NCBI GenBank assembly: GCA_012295275.1
Contig: CM022668.1
Span: forward strand, 16,492,001-16,556,000
Direction: 5' to 3'
Length of the DNA: 64,000 nt
Source of the DNA: Chrysomallon squamiferum
Lineage: Eukaryota > Animalia > Mollusca
A model generated the notes under the pieces. The model was given only the letters and a program-made list of their open reading frames with translations, made no database searches and was not told the DNA's origin. The position numbers were made by a program, and so were the translations under genes. Shown here one piece after another: positions 43,556 to 58,286 of this stretch. Numbering within the stretch: position 1 is the stretch's first letter; each line of letters opens with the position of its first letter.

Positions 43556-44083
43556 TCATAACTTTATGTGTTGTTCTGTATTTCTGTATGAGTTATTTCT
43601 TATAATAATATGTTTACTACTTTTCTATTTGTGGACTATTCTATGTGCTGTAATACAAGTGTACGTTGTTCTGAATATCTGCTAACAAAGTATGTGTTAA
43701 TATGTTGCAAGCTTTATTTTATGTGTTTGTTACTCTGTATTTTGTAAATATGACAATAACGTAACCTTTCCCGACTGAACGAAATTCTTTTCGTCATAAT
43801 TATAGTTGAGGTGAAAAACTTGGTTAACCTGGTGATTTGGAAACACGTGTGTTTTGTTTATAACATCAGCTTTACGAGGCGCCACCAGTGAACAAAGACT
43901 TGAGCATACAAAACAACATCACTAAGTACAAGAGTTCTTTAATACCTTCTTTTATCAATATTTGGAAATCAAAATGTTTACGTACAAAACATTATCGTTT
44001 GTATGTGATTTTTTATATAAGCAACGATCACCTAAGGTCTCTGTATGTATGTATATGTGTGAGTGTGTGTGTGTATGTATGTA

Positions 44084-44149
<66 letters not shown>

Positions 44150-44516
44150 AACACAGACAGATAGGTACATAGATAGAACTATAATGTGAAATATTAAGAA
44201 GTAAAAGCTAAAAAGAAAACATAATAGTAATGTTATTTACACTCTATGTGGTACTTATTGTATCTGTGATACTGTGATGTAAAACAGCTAACACGGACAT
44301 ATCAGAAAAGAGGAGAGTGAGAAAAAACAGATCTGAGTGATTGGAAGTCTACTTGACTGTTGTATATCTTATCAGCGAGTCAAGAACGAGCCACACAGTT
44401 TTAACTAGTTACTTTTATTATACGTGTGAACCTACATATACGACTACTTACCTATCTCTTTGTAAGTATATATGTGTGCGTGTGTGTGTGTGTGTTTGTC
44501 TGTGTATACTGGAAGG

Positions 44517-44678
<162 letters not shown>

Positions 44679-45391
44679 TCGTATGTAAATACATAAGTAT
44701 ACACATACAAAGAGACATTACCTAACTCTCATCAGTACAAAATCAGCACGGACTTAAATTCAGTTATATATTTTTTGTCGCTAATTCGTTCTTATTGAAA
44801 ATATATAAAAAAGGAGGAATTAGTATTCTGAAATCATGATCTTTATTATGAACGAAAATCAATTGTTAGAATGAATAAATATAAAGTAATGCTTTCTTTT
44901 TTGTGTAATATATATCTTCTTTAAATATTTAATGACATTGTTTTTACTGCGATATACGATGTGATATTTGATAGCTGTGTTTTATTGCCGTGATAATGTT
45001 TCTACATCAAAGACAGTTCAACTGACATTTGAGCACGTACGTTAACATTTTTTTACTAGCAGATTAAATTAAGTCGCTGTAATATATTTGTTAGATTTCA
45101 TAAAACTGAAAAGATATTGTCGCATAGATATTAACTTATATTTAATAGTTATTCGTTCTAATTCTTGTGTTGCATTCCAGAAAACCAGCTGATATTTGCA
45201 CATAGACATTGAATTATCTTTAACAATGGATGTGACAGACTGTTCTATTAGCTTTGAATAATGATGCTATGCTGATGGTAAGTTTGAATGTCTGAGAATT
45301 AGGATAACAGACATGCAGTTGTAACGATGTAAATAAACATGTGGATGACAACGTAAAGTAGTCGTTGACACAGCAAAGTGATTCCTGCAGT

Positions 45392-45468
45392 CAGAGGCGT
45401 GGCTAAGGTGTGGCAAGTATGGCACGTGCCCTGGACGCAACAATAAAATGGGGGGCGGGGCACCGCTG
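45392..45468. mobile_element. Possible terminal fragment of a non-autonomous DNA transposon (PIF/Harbinger-MITE-like)
   Basis: Isolated GC-rich cagaggcgtggctaagg...ggcacgtgccctggacgc...ggggggcggggc resembles, from recollection, AGGGGCGTAGCTAG...GGGCACGTGCCC-type MITE ends. No partner terminus was identified. Confidence 0.25.
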
Positions 45469-46489
45469 ATCCCTTTCGATTAAGTGTTACCGGTGTTTTA
45501 TAGTAAACATATCTACATAGTATACGTGTCTAAAAGATGGGTGTGAAGTATTTGGACAGATCGCAATTTTCATAGACGCTATTGGCCTAACACACCTGGC
45601 TGCAACGTAATGTGATTCCGATATATATAATACAGAATAATCAGTGTCGTTCTCGCGTATTATACCAAGCATAATAAAATAAACAATAATTTATTGTCAT
45701 ATTAATGTTATATGAAGTTTAATGTCATGCTGGATAATCAGAAGACAGTTCATTTTAATTTGGAACTTGACGTGTATTGTTTTAATAACACTCTTGATAA
45801 GAGGCGTTACTATTGTTTTAATAGTTATAATAATAAAGAATTCCTGTTGTAGTACTTATGTCGACAATTGCTTCTAATTTAATGACATTTATAGCCAAGA
45901 TGAAAACCGATAGTTCAGTTATATTAACGCAATGATATTAACAACTGTCGACATAAAACACGCATTGAATCATAGTCACTGCTGACATGAAAAAGCCGAT
46001 GATAATTTCTCTTCTAATAACAGACTTGGTAGCATAGATTTAAGTGCTATACTCACGTAAAGACACACAACGTATCTGCTGTTTTAATGACATAATAATT
46101 ATATACAACGTAATTGCTATTCTACTGACATACATAATAACATAGATATTAACTGTTTTTTACAAGCATATTAGAAACAACCATGATAACAGTTAATGAC
46201 TTTATGATATTGTAACTAACAGCAAGTTTTAATGCTAGAATAAAAATAACTTAGGTTTCATATATTATATAAATATATAGATTCTAAATATTCATTTGTT
46301 TTAACTGTGTCTCGTAACATTAGCTCTGTCCTCTAGCTTATTTCAGATGTAATATCGTATACAAACAATTAAAATAACATATTAACGTGTTGTTTTTGTT
46401 GACAGTGTTTTATTTTCAGTGTGTTATTTCAGTGGGTTTTTCTTGTTTTTGTTTCTGACAGAGATGACAAGTATATACTGAGTACTTAC

Positions 46490-46518
46490 ATAGAATGATG
46501 ATGATAACGATGAAACAT
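46490..46518 (-). CDS. Innexin alternative first coding exon E (MFHRYHHHSM)
   Basis: atcATG TTT CAT CGT TAT CAT CAT CAT TCT AT|GTAAGT: consensus donor, phase 2. Sits at the 3' edge of a CpG-richer block (about 46540-47300) and is preceded by a short uORF MDDDKDM*. Confidence 0.65.
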
Positions 46519-49500
46519 GATGTTCAAGTCACATGTCTTTGTCGTCGTCCATTATCTTTCATCAAATCTCGTTTCGCGTGATTCTGCGAGTCCTCGGCGG
46601 CAAAGCACACGCGCACGACTAAGTTTAGAGCTGTGATTCGAAAGGCAAGAAGAATTCTAAACACTCTTCTCGAGTTCGCTATCGACCGAGAATCGTGGCC
46701 AGTTCAAGAGTGAGATTCGGTTTGAATTTTGAGAGCCGTGGGCCATGTGTGGAGCGATCGGCCTCATTGCACCGAGGAATCAGCTGCCTGAAACTCGCCC
46801 AACTCAGCAAACACAGGTAGTCTGGTGGTCGCCGGGCTACGAGAGGTCTACGACGGTTTAAAAACAGAACGTGCTGCTATTTTCTCTTAATCTATTTTGT
46901 CTGCGAGCCATTCTTCCATATTAAACTGCCAGCGTATTGTTTAGTTATGCAAGACCAGCTTTGACGTCAACCGACAAAGAGATTAAAAAAAAAAAGAGAC
47001 GTCTTTTAATGACATTGATAAACCATACAAACTGAACACAGATGTTTGTGTGGCTCTAAATGTCGTTGGCGTCGCTGTATAATAAACAACACGAAACACA
47101 GAAACGTCGTTGTTCAAGAATACAATCAAACGAGATGGTTGCAATTTTGTGGCTGTTCCGCCAAACCCAGGTAAGCGTGAAATGTGAGAAGTTGCCGGCT
47201 CGTAAAGCGGACCATGTTAATTAATGGTCTCGTGAGTAAAGTGCGGCGCCATTATTCGCCGTCATCCAAACATATTGAATGGCTGGAACACAGCTGAGCG
47301 GGCTGCAAACCATCTTTATAAGTAGTATCGACTCTTTCTTTCCATTACACACATACACTGTCCATCCACACGATTCGGCAGATCAATACAACAGTTGAGA
47401 GAAAACGTACGGTCGATTAATAGCATCCAAAACATCTTCAACGTGGACATCTAATCCATTTCAGAACTTTCAGGTTTCATTTGGCCATTTAAAGTCAAGC
47501 ATTCATTTGTAAGATTTTATAAAAATCAAAACTGAAATATTCTCGACAGTTAGTAAATTTACGCAGATCTGTTTAATAATTCAGTCAATATTTTCGGCAT
47601 GGAACAATCTATCTAACTTGCTTTCTTGATAAATTCCATCTGCCTAACTAACAAAAATAATTAATAATAACAAAAAAGAAGTTTGACGCAGGACTAATAT
47701 ATAAGCTGTATGCATTAGTGATTCATTAAATACATTTAGTAATAAATATTCACAGTGGGTATATAATTCATTTTCCGTACTCATCTGTGATAGTCAAATT
47801 TCAGTCGAACAATCACCCGGCGAATGAAAGAAAGAAAGAGTTCTTACAACTCAGATATTATTAATAATGTCTGCAAAGCAATGTTAATTAATAAAAACTA
47901 CAATTTTTTAATAAAAAATATATATATATTTTTTAAATTTACGATAGGTACATATCATTGTTTAAAATGGTCTAATTTCTCAAATTTCAAATACGTTTAA
48001 ATTTCAGTCGCCCGTGAATAGCCATCTTAAAACTAATACAACTGTTAAATCACCACGTCTCTAACACGTGTAAATAAACCACTAAATCCAGGGATAATCA
48101 GTTTGAGGGGTAATTCTTGGTGTAAGGTCGCAGAAGGATTTTCTGAGATGTGAGTACTTGATGACAGATGTAAGTAGCAGACGAGAAGTTGCTTCTGATC
48201 CACTTACAGCTAATGAGAGTTCAGCAGTAAACTGATAGAACTAACAACTACAAAGAGTTTTAATTAAAATATTAGCTTACCTACAGAATATTTTCTTACT
48301 AAGACTTCTGTGTTTTACGGATTAGCTTTGAGAATTCGTAATATAAATAGATTCTTTCGTGTTTTATTTATTTTCTTTCTTTCACTCATTCATTCATTCA
48401 TTTTCTTTCTTTCTTTTAGTCCAGTTTGCAGTTTTTCATTCTTTCCTTTATTCGCTATGCATTTTGTCTTTTTTTTATGCTCTATTTTTATTAATGTTTA
48501 AGTTTCAGCTACGTGACGTGTTTTTATTTTTCCAAAGTTTTGACGTTTCACGGGCAGCCTACAGTTCAGTGATTATATTCTCACCACAGGGTTACAGGAT
48601 CGATCCTTCTTAGTGTACCCATAGGCAAATTCACGTTACAGTCAGTGCTCTAAAAGTAGCTTATCAAAGGCAGTAGTACAAGATGTCCTATTATACGGGA
48701 AGGTTCATAGTAAAGATCCTTTCTTGTTAACAGATTATTGTAATATATTTCTTCCTTATTTGAACAATAATTATGGAAATAAAATAACTGTCAATATAAA
48801 ATGAATAAAACTGCACGGTTGTTTGTACTGTTCTAATCATTGACTGTTACTTACTTAACACAATTCTGATTAATTTATTCATGACCTACTAACCTATATT
48901 TAAGAAAAATCATCTGTTTTATTTCACGTACATTTTCTTTTCTTTCTTCATCTTCCTAAGACTTTGTGCTGATAACAAAGCCACTGTTTCACGCTAAACA
49001 CGAAGCAGGTGATCTAAACAATGGCAAAAACGACGTTAATGTCGAGTGATATGACACGGAGACTGAAGGCAGCTAATCGTGTTGTGTAAAGCAGACAAGG
49101 TAATGTATACATCGCTGTTTTGGTAAATCATCCTGCAATGAGAGTATCTCCTCGTGTCTGCCGCTACAGAAAAAACTATTGATCAGCGGGACTTAACAAG
49201 CCGCTTAATACATCCCCTCTGGACAGGAGAGAGACCTAAATTGTATAAATTGTCCAGAAATAACTGATATTATCTCTCGTGCAGCAGTCCCTCTCTCATA
49301 AAATATTGGATTATTTCTTGTTTTTCTGCTGGCGAGATCACGTCACTGTGCGCGGAGTGTAAATGTTAACATCCTCAACATGGCAATCTTTTTTATATCG
49401 TATCGTAAAGAGAAAAAATAACATAAAAGTACCAAATTATGTTTGTTAATGATTAGGACGTATTGTCTGCTATAGATTCTCGCGTTTTATGATGTCGAGT

Positions 49501-50594
49501 GTTAGAGATGTGTTCATTAGCTAGAAAAAACAAAAAAAACACACAAAAAACAAAAACAAAAAGTAGGCCACTTCTGTCATGTATTGATGACAAAATATCG
49601 ATTATCGATACAGATGATAGTATATCGATTGTGATTTACCGATTATAATATATCAACTGTAATATATTGATGATAATATATCGACGATAATGATTTGATG
49701 ATAATATATCAGCTGTCATACAATGTTTTTAATATGTCGACTGTCATATAATGATGATAATCTATCGAGTGTCATACTGTGTCTAATGATAATATAGTGA
49801 TTTTCATTCTGTGATGATAACAAATCGAGTGTCACATGCTGATGATTGTTAATCGACTGTTATTTATTTATGACAATGTATCAGCTTTGACATACTGATG
49901 ACAGTGTATCTACTCCAGTATCCTCACTGTCATAAAATACTTATCATATGTCGACTTTCATATATTGACGTTCTCATATATGTTTTTAGTTAAATTACTT
50001 TTTAATTCATTCATCTATTTTATTTCACTGAAAAGCTTTCCAGTATTTATTTATTTTAATTGTTTTAATAGCAAATAATAAATTATTTACGTACATATAT
50101 TTAATAGTTTATTTATTATATTTTTTTCATAATCGACACTACAAATTCTATTTACAGTATCTGGTGACGAAATAAGTTACATAATGTCAGATGTAAAAAT
50201 CACGTTGGCTAGATATTAAATAATGATTAAAAATAAAGAATATTGAAAAATAAGTTCTTAAACTGCCTATTTATTCTGACTTACATTCAACTGAATTTTG
50301 ATGAATGATAAATTTTAAGTTTTCATACAAAAATAGCCTACAAAGAAGATTTGAAAACAAACAGTTTTAAAATGAATATAGTGTTATGGGTGTGCCAATC
50401 AAATCGATATTGGTTCAATTAATTCAATGCAGAAGATTATAATTATGTCTTTGTGACAATCATTACTTCCTACACGAAATTAAACTGCTAATTTTGGACT
50501 CCTACATGTATTCAAAAGTTCTATCTATTTATAACTGTTTACCCATGATTTCGTTTATCTATATGTCTATCCAGCCATCTTACTATCTCTCTGT

Positions 50595-50626
<32 letters not shown>

Positions 50627-50884
50627 ACCTATCTATCTACATAAATGTTATATAAATATTACATAGTTTAGATTGCTAGACAGGCAGACAAACAAATAGA
50701 TAAAATATACATCAGAACAGACAGAAAGTTTGTTATATAAATTTATTTTCCTGTATTAGTCTATTTTGTTTCTGTACGTCCATTTATCAGTCGTTCTGTC
50801 TACTTTCTGTCTGATTGTCTCTGTCTGATTGTCTCTATCTGATTGTCTTTTTTTTCTTCTAATTATTTGTCTATAGTTGCCTAT

Positions 50885-50981
<97 letters not shown>

Positions 50982-51476
50982 GTTTGTCTTTTTTTCTAAT
51001 TACTTTTTATCTGTATTATAAACGGTTTTCACTTTTTTTGTTTCTCTCTTTCAAAGCTTTCAATTTATTTTGATTTCCTATTTCAGTTATAATTCCTCTT
51101 TATTTAACAGAGGGTTTTTTTTCTGACTTATAAATTATACAACCACTTTCGTTATTTCATTATCATTATCGCCATCATCATTATCATGAATATCATCATC
51201 ATTATCATCACCCTCATCATCTATAATTCAAAAGGCTTTTTACTCGGACCCCAGTCTTTTTCAGCCGGGTCAGGAATGAGTGTGTAATAAAATGTGTAGA
51301 ATGGACAACATTAATAAAACATCAATGTAAATGTTTAATGTGATCTGTAGACTGACTGTTAGTGAAACACAGTACAGTGAGGCTCTACAGGGCTGGCTCA
51401 CGATGTGTCACTGTTAATTGTTGGCTACGACAGACTCACAGAGCTGCTAAGTCAGATACTCGGCATAACACAGTAA

Positions 51477-51685
51477 AAAGTGTTCATCATAGACTTGTAT
51501 GAACACTGAATGTTATATACAGATAATAACAGTTAGTCGATATAACCCAGTATAAAGTGTTCATCATAGACTTGTATGAACACTGAATGTTGCATACAGA
51601 TAATAACAGTTAGTCGATATAACCCAGTATAAAGTGTTCATCATAGACTTGTATGAACACTGACTGTTGCATACAGATAATAACT
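51477..51685. repeat. 77-bp tandem repeat, about 2.7 copies
   Basis: tgttcatcatagacttgtatgaacactg starts at 51481, 51558 and 51635; internal inverted repeat agtgttcat/atgaacact. Confidence 0.9.
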
Positions 51686-51825
51686 ATTAGCTGACGTAAC
51701 AAAGTAAAACTGTCCACGACAAGCGTGCCTCAACAGTTTGTGAAAGAAGCATACGCACTTTATAATCAGTGTATTTAGACTCTAACAAGTTAAATGTACT
51801 GTTTGTGTCTTACAAAGAAACTGAT

Positions 51826-51927
51826 ACTTTACTAACATATATTCTGATATTAACTTTACTAACATATATTCTGATATTAACTTTACTAACATATATTCTG
51901 ATATTAACTTTACTAACATATATTCTG
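51826..51927. repeat. 27-bp minisatellite, about 4 copies
   Basis: Unit actttactaacatatattctgatatta. Confidence 0.9.
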
Positions 51928-53441
51928 CTATTATTACAGCTAAATATTCTGTTCTCTTGTTGTTTACATATGCTACAAACAATGGAGGTAAGCTGTGATA
52001 TGACACATGGGAATCGAACACTGTAAACGTGTTTTAATCAGTGCATATTAATAAGGGAATTTAAGCGAATGGAATTTAATGTATTTTATTTACCTTACAA
52101 ATCTCTCTTGCTGAATTATCTCAGTATACTCAGTTATGTGTTTGTGAAGTAGCAGAAACCAACGTAATTAATTATCATACGACGATCAAATTACTCTCGC
52201 CAAATTACACAAAGCAGAGAGATTTATTTTTAATCCGCAAATGCTCTATCAGTTAAAAAAACAACAACTCAAAATCTGTTTGGACTTCTGTCACCAGGCA
52301 ACACTTTTTGTCGAAGGACGAGATCGATTCTATTAATGACGGTTGACAGAGGTTTGAAGGTCAGACAAAGAGATTTCCATCTTTGTGTTAAATGACGTGT
52401 GTAAGTTTGTGAAGACGAGACGCGCGGTGACAACTTCTCAACGAATCAGAAACGAATCTGCGTGTACAGCAGTTACACGAAAATTGCTTTATAAAGCAGA
52501 TATGGACAACTGGTGGACAAAAACGTCCTTGAGAAGATTTCAAAGATTTCATTAGTCTTCTGCACTCTGGGCGACATTCTCTTGGCTCTGTTCAATGTGA
52601 GAGTGTTGCCACGGGGCAGCTAGGTCCAGTGATATACGTGTCACTCGCTGATGACCAGGAATAACGTCTTGGTCGTTTCCAAGTGGACACACACGTACAG
52701 AGAAATGTTCATTAAGAGTGAGCGGGGCTGCGTGTTGGCTCAGTAATTAATCTGATATGTCTAAAAGGACAGAAATGCTTCGACACTTATTGATTCGATT
52801 AGGCTATGGAAAAATAGCACCCATGTCCAGGTTTGGTGTAGAAACTCTGACCCTACTGAGACGTCTGATTTCAGTCATTTGTTAACTTTTTCACGTCACT
52901 AATTCTTAAAAATGTTGTGTTTATATTTTCCCTGACAGAAATTAAAATATGTTGGTAAATTGTCTTCTTTAAATCAAAATGTGAAATAAATTAAGACTGC
53001 ATTAAAACAATTTTTCTAAGCCTAAATTAGTTCCTCTGTATGGTGCATTTGGAAAAAACAAAACAAATGTGTAATTATCATATATGTCACGTGCATAACT
53101 AATTATTTATGAATGGTTTCAGTTTAATATCTCCTTAAGATAACATAAATCATATCGAATATAAAGCTGTACTGATAAATGCATTTTCAATAGCATACAC
53201 TTAAATAGATAACGTAAATATACATACATGCTTACACACCCACGCACACACACAATCACACACATATATATATCCATATAAACAATCACACATACATAAA
53301 TACACGCATACATATACACATGCATACATACATACATACATACATACATACGTACATACATATAGAAATATATGTATATATGTATGTCTAGTATATACGT
53401 ATATGTATATGTGTGTATAGAAATAGAGAAAAAGAAAGAAT

Positions 53442-53593
<152 letters not shown>

Positions 53594-54027
53594 CAGAAGA
53601 GAAGCAATAGGTGCAAGCAAACAACAGCTAATTACAAGACGACACTTCCAAGCGGATGCATTAAGCCAGTTTGTTATCTAGAAATGTTTACCAACAAAAC
53701 ATAAAAACCAGATACGTGGCAGTGAATACAAGCAACAGTACAAAAACAGTTCTAAATACATTAACAGCTTTGTACGCGTGTGTTTTTGTAGACAACCTTT
53801 CAGTGAAAAAATCAACAACAACAAAATAATAATAATAAATAAGAATAACAATCTCTCCACACCAAATTAAAAGAAAAGCAATAAAAATAAGAAGTGTACA
53901 TAAATTCGTCAGACAAAGGGAGTTAAGCAGGACTAGAAAGTAAACAACAAGGGAGGTAAGCGGTACTAGAAATTAAACAACAATGGGAGGTAAGCTGCAC
54001 TAGAAATATTAGATACTAGTGGCTTAC

Positions 54028-54146
54028 TCATCATGAGCCAGATCTTGTACAGCTGGGCTACGCACTGCAGGGATTTTCTCAAAGCCTCGGGATGGCACAG
54101 ACTGAAGCCAAGGAATGGCACTATGCCGGCGACGGTACATATACAT
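54028..54146 (-). CDS. Innexin alternative first coding exon F (40 aa)
   Basis: aggATG start; MYMYRRRHSAIPWLQSVPSRGFEKIPAVRSPAVQDLAHD + GA|GTAAGC (119 nt, phase 2). GC-rich, with X-box and YY1-like motifs just upstream. Confidence 0.7.
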
Positions 54147-54182
54147 CCTGTTCTGTTCGGCTCGTTTCTAGGTCAGCGTCTA

Positions 54183-54333
54183 GTTGCTATGACAACGACT
54201 GTTTAACACTACGCCGACTGATCAGCAAATGATAAGAAACACGTCGGTTATTCACGTCACAAGCAGACTTCTGATGTCGTTTGTACACAAAATAGTTCCA
54301 ACAAAATGGCGTCTACACAAAATGGCGTCTACA
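54183..54333. promoter_or_regulatory. Putative promoter elements of exon F: RFX X-box-like site and tandem YY1-like motifs
   Basis: GTTGCTATGACAAC at 54183-54196 resembles the X-box GTTGCCATGGCAAC. ACAAAATGGCGTCTAC occurs twice at 54301-54333 (AAAATGGCG YY1 core). Confidence 0.4.
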
Positions 54334-54984
54334 GGAGGTACAGCACAATACACAAGCAACACAGATGACAAGCTTGGTTTTTATATTTCTGTTTTTGAAG
54401 ACTTTATTTTCTTTTTAGTTCAGATTGGTTCGTCCAATTTTCTGCTATATTTCCACATTTTACTTCCCAGTTTTACATTGTAGGTCCTGAAAATAATTTG
54501 TAGTTATCTATAAATAGCAGTTTATATTTACATATAATTCCGGATAAGGTACTTAATAGAGAAAACTCTTTCGTATTCTTTTAAATTTAATTTATTTTTG
54601 TTGGTTTTTTCTTCTAATTTTTAACACCAATATTCTTCTAAATACAAAAAGCTCTGAACATATATTTAAGAATATAAAGTCTTATCTAAATATATATTCT
54701 TTTTTTTTTCAGTCCAGAAAAATAATTGAAATTGTGATAGTCAAATATTGAGGTGTAATCCTAAAGACAAAAGGTGGACCAAGGTTTCTGTGAAACACAT
54801 TTTCAAAAATGAAAACACTGAAGATTACTTTTGAGCTGATAAGTTTTGTTTCGAGCCACCTAATTACCAAATATGTTTTTAATTATTCGAAACAAAACAT
54901 GAAAGCGATGAAAATGATAAATGATTAAAATTATTATTATTTTTTTTAAATGATTTTCTTTTTTAATTTCGGTTATGTTGTTGC

Positions 54985-55190
<206 letters not shown>

Positions 55191-56688
55191 TTAATACTGA
55201 AATAAATAAATGCATATTTAATACGTGTGTATATGTGACTTTTATGTATGGGCTGTGTATATGGTATGTCGATATATCAGTAGTATTGTATATTGTATAT
55301 GTGACGTTTATGTCTAACTGTATATGCTTTGTATATGTATGTGAGAACATACGCTTATTTGTATTAATTAGTTGTGAATGAATGGCTAGGAATGTATGAA
55401 TATGTTTTTATCTGTGTTATTTTTAACTATTATTATTTTCTCGAAGTATTCTACCAAACTAGCAATTTTATCAACTGTAATGACAGAAGTAGTATGTCAG
55501 CAATTGTAACATGATAATAATATTATTAGTAAAACTAAGGACTAGTTTTTGTTGTAGTAATAGTAGTAGCAGTGGTGGTGGTGGTGATAATATAATAAAA
55601 TGAAATAATAAAAGTAAAACTAATAGTAGACATTATAGGTTGTAGTAGTAGTATTCATAGTACAAGTAGTGTTGCAGTAATACTGGTGATAGTAGTACAA
55701 GTGTAGTACAAGTACTAGTAATATTAGTACTAATATTTTGATGGTGATGGTGTTGGTAGTAGGTTAGTTGTAGAAGCAGTAATTGTAGTAGTAGTAGTAG
55801 TAGTTACATTAGTATGTGTTGTAATAGTGCTAGAAGTAATAACAGTAGTATTCATAGTAAAAGTAGTTGTAACAGTAATAGTAATAGTAAATTTGATGAT
55901 GATAGTAGTAGTTGTGGTAATAGTGCTAGTAATTATCGAAACAGTAGTAGCAGTAGCAGTAGTAGTAGTAGTAGTAGGAGTAGTACCAGCAGCAGCAGTA
56001 GTTGGTGTTGTTGTTATTATTACCTACGTACTGATAAATTATCGTCCGTAATCCGTCATATTTGGAGGTATGGATGAGTGGGATTATCTGATTGTAATCA
56101 GTCGTATGGTTAAGATAAAGAAATTTTAAGCTTTGAACAAATATAATATTATAATACATACAACCGTATTACTATGTACTTTCTAAAGTCGTAAATTAAT
56201 TAAAGGTTTTACCTTTCTTTTCGTATTTGTCATTAAAACTCGTTTATTTCCACATTTCTTTCCAACGTGTTCCGAGAAAAGAGTTCAACTGTTTTTTTCT
56301 TTTCTGTGGAATATAAAGTAACCGTTTCAAATCCTTTCAGAAAGAATGTATTTACTCCTTTCTTCACTAGTTTCACCAGAATGCTGTGTATTCCATTTCT
56401 ATTCTAATTTCACTGCCTGAACCTTGCCACAGTGACATATCTACTGTTGTTGTATATTTTGTGTGTAGGTGAATGGTATGTACTTTAAATATTAAAGACG
56501 AAACATTATTTGCTTTGACCGGAATGTCGATATTTATTTTATTACAGATGTTTTATTGTCATGCGAGTTGAAGCAAAACACCAGTAACTCAGTTATAAAG
56601 AACATCTCGTCTTTGTTTTGTTATTGTTACAGTTAAAGTAGTAGTCGTAGTAGTGGGAGTAGTAGTAGTCGTAGTCGCAGTCGTAGAG

Positions 56689-56726
<38 letters not shown>

Positions 56727-58286
56727 ATAGGGGTAGTACCAGTATAGTAGCAGTGGCAGTAGTAATAGAAGCAGTTGTAGTAGTACCAATAGTAGCAGTA
56801 GTAATATGTACGTACGTATTCTTGTATGTATGTATATGGTTCTGTGGTTTATGAGTGTGTAACTATTCATACAACACGTGAGCTTATTCTATTTAAATAC
56901 CAGTATAACTGTTTAAAGAATTACTCTGTAAACAAATAGATGAAGATAGTGTAAACCATGTTCCAGATCTAACGTCACTATTCTGAGAATGTGCCTTTAA
57001 CATTACACTGTGTATAAACATGCAAATAACGTATTAGCTATGGTCAGTTAGTTAAAACACAGATATCACACAGCTAGTTGGACATTCTAGTGTAGGTATC
57101 AGCAATTCCAGATTCACCACACATCCACTAATACTCTCGTTTATGAGTCAATGAGCCATAAATTTGAAAACGTGACCAAATTACTCTTATATCTGGACGC
57201 TGCTGAGTCTTTGATGGCCGAAGTGTTATTGAGATGCTATAAATTCTGATCGGGTCTTCCGGCAATTTTCTTCACAACCAGAGTGCTTTGAGGCTATTTT
57301 TCCCATCCCCCCTCCCTCAGTGCTAATACATGGCAGACACCTCAGCATTACTCTAACCAATCAGCAACGAGCTGATCATAGTGGTTTACCCTGTATCATG
57401 CAAATGACGCACAAACTAGAATTTGATTCATGCGCTATCTGGAAAGCCCATTATCTCGCAGTGAAATGTTTATTTGTAACAAAAACAACAGAGATGGATT
57501 GTTTTATTTTTTTGTGGTGTTTTTTTCTTCAGAGTATTTTTATGTTATTTTTAAATTCTAGAGTGATTTAGAAAATTGTTAATAAAGTCATAACAGTTTG
57601 CGAGGTAAATTTAACGCTCGTTAGTTTCGTTTTAAGTGCTTATTAGAAAAATACGTGAAAAAAGGAAGAAACAACAAAGAAGAAAAACAACCAGAAAAAA
57701 CAAAAAACAAATGAGAAGTAAGAAGTCTGGTCTGACACCAGAGATAAAGAGAAATTTACACAGTTAATGTATTGACTTTCCTTCTAACTTTGAAACTTTT
57801 AGTCCTGTTCGAGTTAAGGTTTTGATTTGTTTTGCATTTTCTTTCTGTTATTTATTTATTTATTTATTTATTTAGTTAGTTAGTTAGTTATATAGTTAGT
57901 TAGTTAGTTAGCGAGGTACGTTTTTAAAAGAAATATATATTTTATATTATCTATGTATAAAACTGTTATTAATTACAAGTCAGACAGATTCAATGTTAAC
58001 TGAGATTCTCACACACAAATCAGTTAACATCTTAGAAAAAATCAGGTGTTGATTCTGTGGTCGTTCTTTGTAAAACCTGTCTACTGCGACCAGATTGCAC
58101 GGACTGACGTAAGCAGTGAGTACTGCGGCGGAACCAGGCACAAGTAAAACGATTTTAAAATACACCTTCACTAAGTGTTGTGAAATAAACGAAAATAAAT
58201 AGGATTCTATGTTTTTTGTTTTTTTTACGAGTACAAATAGGAACTTTAAAATAAGTGAAATCAAATAATGGTTGTGAGAAACAGAA

